Shown: piece after piece, positions 53,240-64,000 of the stretch
Numbering within the stretch: the first letter of the stretch is position 1
Layout of the letters: each line of letters begins with the position of its first letter
From: Candidatus Acidiferrum sp.
Lineage (GTDB): Bacteria > Verrucomicrobiota > Verrucomicrobiia > Limisphaerales > UBA8199
DNA: 64,000 bases
Direction: 5' to 3'
NCBI GenBank assembly: GCA_035541055.1
Contig: DATKNZ010000297.1
Span: 46 to 64,045, forward strand
Translations under genes and position numbers: made by a program
The notes under the pieces: model-generated
What the model saw: only the letters and a program-made list of their open reading frames with translations
Told to the model about the DNA's origin: nothing
The model's database searches: none

Positions 53240-56146
53240 TCAGCTCCGGGTGAGCTGCAGCCCGGTGTCCGACAGCGCGAAGTCCACGAAGCGCGCGCGG
53301 GCATTGGGCGGGCACGCGGTCAGGGTCTGCCTGATCCGGGCGGCAGCGGTCTCATCTTTGGCGAAGAGGAGCAGGTAGCCGCCGCCGCCCGCGCCGAGGA
53401 GCTTGGCGGCGCCCAGGTAATCCTGGACGGCGTCGAGGATTTGTTGGACGGCCGGCGGGTTGGTGCCGGCATCCAGGCGCTGGTTCAAGGCCCAACTGTT
53501 CCGGATGGCTGCCTGGAGCATCGCGTAATCACACTTCTGGATGGCCGCGCCCGCCAGGTCGGCGTTCGCGCCGATGTCCGCGATGATCCCCAGGTGCAGC
53601 GGTGAGTTGAGGAAAATGCCGCGCACGATTTCAGCCAGGATATTCTTCGCGAGCCGGGTCAGGCCGGTGTAGTAGAGCAGGATCGAGCGGTTGGCGTATT
53701 CGTGGCCGAAGAGGTGGTGGGGCAGCCAGCGGATGGAGGGTTTCTGGGCGAGGCCGGGAGCGCTTTCGATGAGCTTGATGCCGCGGAAGATGGCGCCGGC
53801 CTGGTCCTGCCAGCCGCCGCCGGTGGTGAGCATTTGCTCGAGCGCCAGCGTGCGGGTGAAGAGCACGTTGCGGTCCCAGTCCAGGCCGCAGAGATCGCCC
53901 AGCGCGGCCAGGACGGTGGCGGCGAGGATGCTGCTGGTGCCGAGGCCGGAGCCCTTGGGGACCGCGGAGAGCAGCGAGAGTTCGATGCCGCCGCCAAACT
54001 CGCGGAGCTGCTGGTCCAGGGAAGCGAAGCCGCCGTTCGCGTGAAAGCGCGGGAGGAAGCCCGCGAGGGCCAGGGCCGCCTTGGCCAGGGCGAACGGGCG
54101 GTCCGGCTGGCCGAACGTGTCCAGCTCCGCGTAGGTGCGCACGCGCTCCTCGATGCCGAGGTCAATCGAGCGCATAACGAGCTCGGGGGCTTCGGAGAGC
54201 CGGGCAAACACCTGGATGGGCGGTTGGCCGTTAAGGTCCGCTGCCAGGTTGAGCACCTTGCCGCCCTGCTCGATGCAGTAGGGAGGCGTGTCCGTCCAGC
54301 CACCGGCGAGGTCAAAACGCACGGGGCTGCGCGCCCACACGATCTGGTCCTCCAGGGCCCGGGGGCGGGGGCAGGCGGGCGCAAGCTGGGCCTCGTGGGC
54401 GATCATCTCGCGGAGCCGGGCAAAGGCGCCCGCCTCGAACTGCTGCCAGTTGGGCTGCTGGCGATGACGCAGCACGGCGGAGCGAAAGATCTGGTCGTGC
54501 ACCACGCGCAGCGGATCGTCCTCTGGGCTGAAGCGCAGTTCGGGAAGCTCATCGCTGCCGGCGGCGTAGGCCCGCGCGGTGGCCTCCAGGTCCAGCCGGA
54601 AGAAGACGCTGCGACGGAAGTTCTTCAGCATGGGCTGCAGGCAAGTCTCGCGCAGCCGGGCGCGTTGCTGGTAAAGGCGGCGCACGTTGACACGCTCGCA
54701 AAGCTCTTGCGCGGAGAGGCGGGGCAAACGGCGCCAGGTGGAAGCCAGCTCGTGGTCGGCATCGGACGGCTGGGCAAGAAGCCATGTTACGAAAGCGGGG
54801 TCAATCTGTCCCGCCGGCACGACGGGAAAGATGCGGCAGGCTTGCAGGTCGGCCCGCGGGTCAATGCCGCACTCTTCCAGGCCAAGGCCGCGCGCCTTGA
54901 ACCATTGCCGTGCAGGCCCGCCGAACCACTGCGTCGCATCGTCGCCCAGGGGGCCGTGGAACGTGTCATTGAAACCATAGGCGCGAACGCAGACCTCCTC
55001 TTTGTCGCCGATGGGCACGAAGTCCAGGCATTGACCCGGCTGCAGGCGCAGCGCCCAGTTGTTATCAGGCACGCCGGTCAGGACATGTTGCGAGGCGAGC
55101 TTCCAACTGGCCGGCACGACGCTGTTCTCCACCCATAGGCTGTGATTGCCTTGCCGGCGCAGCGCGGCGTCGAAGCGCGAGTTCTGCGTGACCTGGTCGG
55201 GTTGCTGGCCGGTCGCGGCGCCTCCGGCGGTGGACTCGTCCAGCACGAGGTTCTGCAGGGCGGCAACCGAGGCAATCATCTGTTCGCTCGTCCCGAAATG
55301 GTAGAACTGCGCCTCGGGCAGCGGCACAACGGCGCAGGAGAGCGCATTCACTTCGGCGTCCTGGACAGTCGGCGTGCGGCCCAGGGCCAGGCCAAACTGG
55401 GCATAGAGCTCGTAGCGTTGCGGCCCCGCGGCCCCGAAGTCACTTCCCTTCCAGCCACAGCGCCCCATCAGCACGCTCAGGGCCCGTCGGCTCAGCAACC
55501 ACATGCCGGTGTCCACCAGGCAGAGGTGCGTCTCGGCCAACTCCCGGATGCGCGCCGCCGGCGGCTTCTGCAGGAAGAACGCCAGCTCCGTGGGGCTCCG
55601 GCGCGGGGAAACGAAGACCCCGAAGTCCTTGGCTCTCTCGGGCGGCACCCACATGCCGAGGCCAAGCACGTCCGCCTCGGGGAACGGCGGCAGATTGCGG
55701 GCGAAGCGCAGCAGCACGTCGCCGCTGGTGATCAACGCCGCCATGGCCGGCCCGGCATGGGCAAGGACGCGCTCGTAATCGGCCAACTGCAAATCGAGCA
55801 ATGACTGGTCCAGCCGCTGGCCGCGGGACCAGCGGAAGACGGGAATGGGCATGAGCAGCTTGCCGGTGGGCGCGTAGGCGGGCAAGCGCCGGCTCTGGCC
55901 GCCGGCGTGGAGGATGAGCTTGCGGCTCTGCCCCAGCCATTCAGGGAAAGACCGCTCCGGCGCGGTTGCCTGCCAGGCCGAGGCCAGTAAATGGGCGGTG
56001 CCCCCGGCGGAGCCCAGTGGCCGGTTCGCCGGATCGCATCCGGCGAACCACTCCGGCCGACGGCGGCCCTCCAGCGTCTCGAATTCCTCGGCCATACGCG
56101 GAGGCAGAGTGAGCAGATACTGGATCGGGGTTTCGACGCCGGGCAT
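53240..56146 (-). CDS. Bifunctional L-fucokinase / fucose-1-phosphate guanylyltransferase (FKP-like)
   Basis: N-terminus LLTLPPRMAEEFETLE...LGSAGGTAHLL parallels Bacteroides Fkp. C-terminal GHMP-kinase motif PKGSGLGTSSILAA. About 968 aa from the ATG at 56146. Confidence 0.75.
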   Translation of the reverse strand: MPGVETPIQYLLTLPPRMAEEFETLEGRRRPEWFAGCDPANRPLGSAGGTAHLLASAWQATAPERSFPEWLGQSRKLILHAGGQSRRLPAYAPTGKLLMPIPVFRWSRGQRLDQSLLDLQLADYERVLAHAGPAMAALITSGDVLLRFARNLPPFPEADVLGLGMWVPPERAKDFGVFVSPRRSPTELAFFLQKPPAARIRELAETHLCLVDTGMWLLSRRALSVLMGRCGWKGSDFGAAGPQRYELYAQFGLALGRTPTVQDAEVNALSCAVVPLPEAQFYHFGTSEQMIASVAALQNLVLDESTAGGAATGQQPDQVTQNSRFDAALRRQGNHSLWVENSVVPASWKLASQHVLTGVPDNNWALRLQPGQCLDFVPIGDKEEVCVRAYGFNDTFHGPLGDDATQWFGGPARQWFKARGLGLEECGIDPRADLQACRIFPVVPAGQIDPAFVTWLLAQPSDADHELASTWRRLPRLSAQELCERVNVRRLYQQRARLRETCLQPMLKNFRRSVFFRLDLEATARAYAAGSDELPELRFSPEDDPLRVVHDQIFRSAVLRHRQQPNWQQFEAGAFARLREMIAHEAQLAPACPRPRALEDQIVWARSPVRFDLAGGWTDTPPYCIEQGGKVLNLAADLNGQPPIQVFARLSEAPELVMRSIDLGIEERVRTYAELDTFGQPDRPFALAKAALALAGFLPRFHANGGFASLDQQLREFGGGIELSLLSAVPKGSGLGTSSILAATVLAALGDLCGLDWDRNVLFTRTLALEQMLTTGGGWQDQAGAIFRGIKLIESAPGLAQKPSIRWLPHHLFGHEYANRSILLYYTGLTRLAKNILAEIVRGIFLNSPLHLGIIADIGANADLAGAAIQKCDYAMLQAAIRNSWALNQRLDAGTNPPAVQQILDAVQDYLGAAKLLGAGGGGYLLLFAKDETAAARIRQTLTACPPNARARFVDFALSDTGLQLTRS

Positions 56147-56225
56147 TGCTTCTGAACCGAAGGATGAAGATGGGGCCGCGGTGATGTCGAGGCAATTTGA
56201 GCGGAACACGGCGTTCATGAAAGGT

Positions 56226-56295
56226 GGTAGGGACGCGTTCCACCGCGTCCTCATCTTCCCGAGATAGCAGGGGCGCGGTGGAACGCGTCCCTACC
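56226..56295. repeat. Family-A palindromic element
   Basis: ggtagggacgcgttccaccgcgtcc ... gcgcggtggaacgcgtccctacc. Confidence 0.85.
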
Positions 56296-56381
56296 ACCCT
56301 TCATGAATTGGCCCTGGGTATGGCAGGGGATGTCCTACTCGGTTTCGAGACCGACCTGTGCGAGGTTGTCCAGGAACACGA

Positions 56382-57170
56382 ATGAAGGCGCATACACGCA
56401 CTGTGCCCGGAGATGGGGGGCAGTCATTCGCATTCACCCTCATCGAGTTGCTTGTGGTCATTGCCATTATTGCCATTCTGGCGGCGCTGCTGCTGCCGGC
56501 TCTGGCCGGGGCCAAGGAACGGGCCCGGCGCACGGCCTGCGTCAATACGATGCACCAGTTCCTGCTGGCCGCGCACATGTATGCCAACGATAACGGGCAG
56601 TTCCTTCCCAGCGGCACTTCCGACAGCACCACGCCCAATGGTGTGCTCGATGACTCGGTACCGGTGCTTTCGGGAGTGACCCGCACCCAGATGATGCAGT
56701 ACGCCGGCAGCTACAAGATGCTCGGCTGCCCCAGCCTGGGCGCGCCATTCAATACGGCAGAGGGCTGGTTCCAGGATAACTATGGCTTTGTGATCGGCTA
56801 CAACTACCTCGGCGGCCATGCCAACACGCCCTGGCCGCTGTTGCCTGGCGGCGAAGTCTGGGTCTCGCCGCAGAAGTTGACCGACGTCAGCACCAACCTG
56901 GGGCCCACCTCGCCTCTGCTGACGGACATGAATGACTGGTCGCCGGGCTTCGCCGGCTCCACGGTCCCGCATGGCCGCAGCGGCCCTGTTCAGGCCAGCG
57001 GGGATTATAGCAACCCCGGTGCGGGCGGCCTCTCGGCGGTTAGCCTGGGCGCCACGGGCGGGAACGTCGGCAGCATGGACGGCTCGATCACCTGGGTCCC
57101 GATCAAGCAGATGAAGGTGCGCCGCGGTTCGCAGCAATACGATACCGACGGCTGCTGGGCGTTGTGGTAG
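56382..57170 (+). CDS. Prepilin-type N-terminal cleavage/methylation domain protein (type II pseudopilin-like, DUF1559-type)
   Basis: [27 protein letters not shown]-terminal [14 protein letters not shown]. Confidence 0.8.
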   Translation: MKAHTRTVPGDGGQSFAFTLIELLVVIAIIAILAALLLPALAGAKERARRTACVNTMHQFLLAAHMYANDNGQFLPSGTSDSTTPNGVLDDSVPVLSGVTRTQMMQYAGSYKMLGCPSLGAPFNTAEGWFQDNYGFVIGYNYLGGHANTPWPLLPGGEVWVSPQKLTDVSTNLGPTSPLLTDMNDWSPGFAGSTVPHGRSGPVQASGDYSNPGAGGLSAVSLGATGGNVGSMDGSITWVPIKQMKVRRGSQQYDTDGCWALW

Positions 57171-57180
57171 CGTGCAGGAG

Positions 57181-57288
57181 GTAGCGTAAGCCTCTGGCTT
57201 GCGATAGTCCGAACAATCCTCTGAATTCTTCGGATGGCGGCAACCCAGAGGGTTGCCGGGACGGGCGCAAGCCGGAGGCTTACGCTAC
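57181..57288. repeat. Hairpin with 23-bp arms (1 mismatch) enclosing a smaller hairpin
   Basis: gtagcgtaagcctctggcttgcg / cgcaagccggaggcttacgctac. Inner hairpin cggcaaccc-agag-gggttgccg. Confidence 0.75.
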
Positions 57289-57312
57289 TGGTGTCGATTC
57301 TGCCGTATCGGT

Positions 57313-57525
57313 ATGCATGAAATGGGCAAACTGCTGGTCGTGGTGGGGCTGGTCCTGGTGGCTGTGGGCGTCTTGCTCTGGTCCGGGCTGGGCCGGGGCT
57401 GGCTGGGCCGGCTGCCCGGGGACGTCCATTACGCGCGGGGCAACTTCAGCTTCTACTTCCCCGTGGTGACCTGCCTGCTGCTGAGCGTGGTGCTCACGCT
57501 ACTGCTGTGGCTGTTTAGGAGGTAG
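57313..57525 (+). CDS. DUF2905 family small membrane protein
   Basis: GKLLVVVGLVLVAVGVLLW...LGRLPGDV...FYFPVVTCLLLSVVLTLLLWLF. Confidence 0.7.
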   Translation: MHEMGKLLVVVGLVLVAVGVLLWSGLGRGWLGRLPGDVHYARGNFSFYFPVVTCLLLSVVLTLLLWLFRR

Positions 57526-57592
57526 GAGTCTTGAGTCCAAGGTCTAAAGTCTTGGGTCATCGGCCATCAGCGCAAGACCTAAGCCTGGGGCC
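57526..57592. repeat. Family-B element (good left arm, degenerate right arm)
   Basis: gagtcttgagtccaaggtctaaagtcttgggtc starts directly after the TAG stop at 57523-57525. Degenerate right arm gcaagacctaagcc. Confidence 0.65.
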
Positions 57593-57631
57593 GTGCGCGC
57601 CGGCTGCATCTTGCCGCTGGCCTTAGTTTGA

Positions 57632-57696
57632 TAGGGATGCCTCGCCGAGGCGTCCGTTTCCCACGCACGCGGACGCCTCGGCGAGGCGTCCCTACC
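57632..57696. repeat. Family-A palindromic element
   Basis: tagggatgcctcgccgaggcgtccgtttcccacgcacgcggacgcctcggcgaggcgtccctacc. Confidence 0.85.
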
Positions 57697-57812
57697 TGGA
57701 AAAGGACAGAGCTGAGATGCACCCGCGCGCGCTCCGTCCGCCACCTTCTCCTTTGCTTACGCGCGTGCCCGGCGTAGATTGTTGGTTTGAGTCCATCAGG
57801 GAATTCGAGGCC

Positions 57813-60989
<3,177 letters not shown>

Positions 60990-61074
60990 CAGGGTGCAAG
61001 ACAGAATTCTCCTGGCTGGAATGAAGCAGCATTGTGGGCACAGTTGGAGACGCCAAAGGCGTCATTCATACCAG

Positions 61075-61248
61075 CCCAGGGCATACGCCCTGGGTTCATG
61101 GCCCCCGAAACCATGTGGAGCGCTGAAGGCGCGACTCATCTCCTCCGGCCATGCAGATTGCGGTGCTTGTCCTGGAAGGTATGGATGAGGCAGGCCCTTG
61201 GCCTGCAGTACCAAAGCCGGGCCATGAACCCAGGGCGTATGCCCTGGG
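61075..61248. repeat. MITE-like unit bounded by perfect 29-bp inverted repeats
   Basis: cccagggcatacgccctgggttcatggcc (61075-61103) is the exact reverse complement of 61220-61248. Each terminus contains its own palindrome cccagggc..gccctggg. Confidence 0.75.
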
Positions 61249-61514
61249 CTGATATGAAGCAGGCCTTTGGCCTGAAGGCGAAGCCGCCGGCGGCTAAAAC
61301 CCAACGGGTAGCGCCGGGCTGGCGTGTATATGGCTCCTCATCTCCAAGAGGCGCTCGATGCGCAAATCCCTCAACCCCCGAAGGATTCTGTCTTGCGCCC
61401 GGCGTAGCACCGCATCGCCTTTGGCCATTGAGCCCGGGGAGCTTCGAGGGTATGGTGCGCTTCCGTGAGCCGGCGAATCACGATCCCGTACGTGTCCCCG
61501 TCAATGAGCCCTGA

Positions 61515-61612
61515 GAACATCCAACATCCAACATCGAACATCCAACATCCAATGGGCGCGGCATGGCCGGGCATTGGATGTTGGATGTTCGATGTTGGAT
61601 GTTGGATGTTCC
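61515..61612. repeat. Family-C hairpin (CAACATC heptamer arms), second copy
   Basis: gaacatccaacatccaacatcgaacatccaacatccaatgg ... cattggatgttggatgttcgatgttggatgttggatgttcc. The core is nearly identical to 1578-1685. Confidence 0.85.
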
Positions 61613-61644
61613 CGTTCCGGCGGGGCTCACGGTCCCAACTCAGG

Positions 61645-64000
61645 TTGCAACCAACCCGGAGGCGAGGCGCCTTCCTGGCATTGTCGCTGGCGGCGTTGGC
61701 GACAGCCAAGGCCCTGGCCCTGGCGCCGGAGGACATCCCCGCCGATGCGCCGCGGGACGCCATCATGGCTGCGCCGCAGGAAATTCAGGAGATGAAGGAC
61801 TGGGCCGGCGCCGTGTTCACCGGCCACCGCCCGCCTGGCCACGAGCCTGCGGTGCGCGTCGAACTGCGTCGGCAGGACTACAGCTCTCTGGGCTACGGCC
61901 AATCCTGCATCGAAACGCCGATCAGGCTTGGGCAGCGCACCTTCGCGCACGGGCTGGGCACGCACGCCAACAGCGAGATCATCCTGCACCTGCCGCCCAA
62001 CTCCGCGACATTTAAGGCCGTGGTGGGCGTGGATAACAACTTTGACACGGGCGGCGTGCGCGGCTCCGCGCAGTTCAGCGCGGAGATCGGCGGCAAGGAA
62101 GTCTTCCGGACGCCCACGCTCTACGGCAACAGCGCCCCGGTGCCTGTGGAACTCCCGCTGCCGGAGGGCACGCGTGAGTTGACGCTGAGGGTGGACACCA
62201 CGCCCGACGGCCCGGCCTTCGATCAAGCGGATTGGGCCAATGCCTGCATCGTCACTCGCGACGGCAAAATCTGCTGGGCCGACGAAGACCGTGAGCCGTT
62301 GGCGGAGCGGGCGGTCCCATTCTCCTTCCGCTACAATGGCGCCGCATCTTCAAGCTTCCTGGAAAGCTGGGAACACGCTGCCGAGACGAGCGACTCTCCG
62401 ACCCGCATCCTCCACGAGGCGAGTTGGACCGACCCCCATACCCACCTGCGCGTCAGCGCCAGGGCCTGCGCCTTCAAGCGCTACCCGGCGGTGGAATGGA
62501 CGCTGGCCTTCGAAAACCTGGGCACGGCGGACACCCCGCTCCTGGAGCAGGTGCAGGCCCTGGACGTGCGGCTCCGCACCGGCTATTTCCGCAAGCCAGT
62601 GCAACTCCACCACCTGCTGGGGGATGTCTGCGGCGAGCGCTCCTTCATGCCTCTCGAGACCGAGGTGGTGCCTGGCGCCAGCACCGCGCTCGCGCCGGAG
62701 GGCGGCTGCCCGTCTAATGGCGCGTTCCCCTTCTTCAACGTGCAGTATGGGGACCAGGGCCTCATCACCGCCATCGGCTGGTCAGGCCAGTGGCGCGCCG
62801 CGCTGGATCGCTCGCCTACCGGGCCGACCGCCTTACGCGCGGGCATGGAGGGCCTTTCCTTGCGCCTGCATCCCGGCGAGAAGATCCGCTCTCCCCGCAT
62901 CCTCATCCTGCCGTGGAAGGGCGACCTGCTGGCAGCCCAGAACCGCTTCCGCCGGCTGATGCTCTTCGAGTATGCCCCGCGGCAAGATGGGCGCCCGCTG
63001 GCCTTGCCCGTCGCGCTTCAATGCTACGACCGCTACTCCGGCACGCGTTCGGACTGGGGCACCGAGGCCACTCAGATCAGCGCCGCGAACGCCGCCGCCA
63101 GGGCCGGTTGCGATATGCACTGGCTCGACGCCGCCTGGTTCGACGGCGGCTTTCCCAACGGCGTCGGCAACTGGTATTGCCTGCCCGGCAACTTCCCGCA
63201 CGGCCTTAAGCCTGTCAGCGACGCCTGCCACGCGTCCGGCCTGAAGCTCATCGTGTGGTTCGAGCCCGAGCGAGTCGCTCCCGGCAGCCGGATTGCCCGC
63301 GAGCATCCGGAGTTTGTGTTTGGCGCTGACAAGGGCGGGCTCTTCAAGCTCAGCGACCCCGCCGCCCGCGCCTGGCTGACCGACCTGCTCTCGCGCCGCA
63401 TCACCGAGTTTGGCCTCGACGCCTACCGCAACGATTTCAACATTGACCCGCTCTCCTACTGGCGGCAGGCCGACGCTCCGGACCGCCGCGGCATGACGGA
63501 AATCCGCTACGTCGAGGGCCATTACGCACTCTGGGATGACCTGCTGGCAAAGCACCCCGGGCTGTTCATAGACAACTGCGCCAGTGGTGGACGCCGCATT
63601 GACTTGGAGACCTGCAGCCGCTCAGTGCCGCTCTGGCACAGCGACACGGGCTGCGCTCCCGGTCACGCGGACTGGAACCAGAGTCAAATCTGCGGCCTGA
63701 GCCTCTACATCCCGCTTTTCGGCGCGTGCGCCTGGACTCCAGAAGCCTACGACCTGCGCAGCGCCGCCACGGCGGGGGTCATCTGCCAGTTCGACGTCCT
63801 CGATCCGCACTTCCCCTTCGCGGCCTGCCGGGCGGCGCTCGCCGAGGTAAAGCAGAATCAAAAGTACTGGTATGGCGATTTCTACCCCCTCACCCCTGCT
63901 GCCACCGGCCCGAGCGGCCTCGTCGCCTGGCAGCTCCATCGCAGCGATCTTAAGGCCGGCATCGTGCTCGCCTTCCGCCGTAAGGAGTGCCCGTATCCTG
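61645..64000 (+). CDS. Secreted NPCBM-domain + GH36-family alpha-galactosidase-like protein (3' end beyond window)
   Basis: Absent from the ORF track because it has no in-window stop. My translation runs open from a TTG at 61645 (QPTRRRGAFLALSLAALATAKALA signal). NPCBM pattern GLGTHANSEI..FKAVVGVDN..GSAQFSAEIGGKEV..DQADWANA. GH36-type LKLIVWFEPERV, YRNDFN, FIDNCASGGRRIDLE. Confidence 0.75.
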   Translation, partial: MQPTRRRGAFLALSLAALATAKALALAPEDIPADAPRDAIMAAPQEIQEMKDWAGAVFTGHRPPGHEPAVRVELRRQDYSSLGYGQSCIETPIRLGQRTFAHGLGTHANSEIILHLPPNSATFKAVVGVDNNFDTGGVRGSAQFSAEIGGKEVFRTPTLYGNSAPVPVELPLPEGTRELTLRVDTTPDGPAFDQADWANACIVTRDGKICWADEDREPLAERAVPFSFRYNGAASSSFLESWEHAAETSDSPTRILHEASWTDPHTHLRVSARACAFKRYPAVEWTLAFENLGTADTPLLEQVQALDVRLRTGYFRKPVQLHHLLGDVCGERSFMPLETEVVPGASTALAPEGGCPSNGAFPFFNVQYGDQGLITAIGWSGQWRAALDRSPTGPTALRAGMEGLSLRLHPGEKIRSPRILILPWKGDLLAAQNRFRRLMLFEYAPRQDGRPLALPVALQCYDRYSGTRSDWGTEATQISAANAAARAGCDMHWLDAAWFDGGFPNGVGNWYCLPGNFPHGLKPVSDACHASGLKLIVWFEPERVAPGSRIAREHPEFVFGADKGGLFKLSDPAARAWLTDLLSRRITEFGLDAYRNDFNIDPLSYWRQADAPDRRGMTEIRYVEGHYALWDDLLAKHPGLFIDNCASGGRRIDLETCSRSVPLWHSDTGCAPGHADWNQSQICGLSLYIPLFGACAWTPEAYDLRSAATAGVICQFDVLDPHFPFAACRAALAEVKQNQKYWYGDFYPLTPAATGPSGLVAWQLHRSDLKAGIVLAFRRKECPYP

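Noticed and set aside
57717-57812. The 32-codon N-terminal extension of the uvrA ORF (start at 57717).
   Set aside because: The extension begins inside or next to the family-A repeat (57632-57696) and has no counterpart in UvrA. The GTG at 57813 reproduces the canonical N-terminus.
61032-61766. ORFs 61032..61514 (+), 61371..61766 (-) and 61563..62015 (+) considered as genes, including a possible toxin-antitoxin remnant (…LIDGDTYGIVIRRLTEAHH…).
   Set aside because: They are built largely from translated repeat elements (the TSNIQHP periodicity and the MITE-like unit). The roughly 45-aa non-repeat tail has no motif I can place.
62240-63555. ORF-track entries 62240..62959 (+), 62424..62717 (+), 62790..63209 (+) and 62833..63555 (-).
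   Set aside because: They are off-frame or antisense to the long open frame starting at 61645. That frame translates into clear NPCBM and GH36 motifs but is missing from the track because it has no stop in the window.

Overview
High-GC bacterial chromosomal window. The gene content suggests a Verrucomicrobiota/Planctomycetota-like glycan degrader: prepilin-type pseudopilin, sulfatase, many secreted glycosidase-like proteins. That taxonomic call is inference only. The backbone carries housekeeping genes (two HtrA proteases, thpR, frr, murQ, mnmE, deoA, ispH, recA, uvrA). It also carries a sensor kinase / double-REC AraC regulator pair next to a locus of large secreted CBM/Ig/GH99-like proteins, and a sulfatase / GH20 / fucokinase-GDP-fucose pyrophosphorylase group. 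Three things stand out. (1) A 10.2-kb element is integrated at tRNA-Ser(GCT) and bracketed by a 45-bp direct repeat (18499-18543 / 28693-28737). It encodes an integrase, a very small ATP-dependent DNA ligase, an Xis-like HTH, a DnaB-N/RecA-like replicase followed by a TGGCAC iteron cluster, small HTH/zinc-ribbon/coiled-coil proteins and an orphan tape-measure-like protein. No capsid, portal or terminase is recognisable, so it is a candidate phage satellite or novel minimal temperate element. (2) The window is full of hairpin elements whose arms are tandem heptamers, falling into several sequence families. Many begin exactly at stop codons. (3) Copies of these same families sit in frame inside uvrA (two insertions, about 106 extra aa) and deoA (about 36 extra aa). 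Gene starts are often uncertain because the ORF track takes the longest ATG/GTG/TTG ORF, and long antisense ORFs are GC artefacts. All functional calls come from motif recognition by eye; no database search was run.
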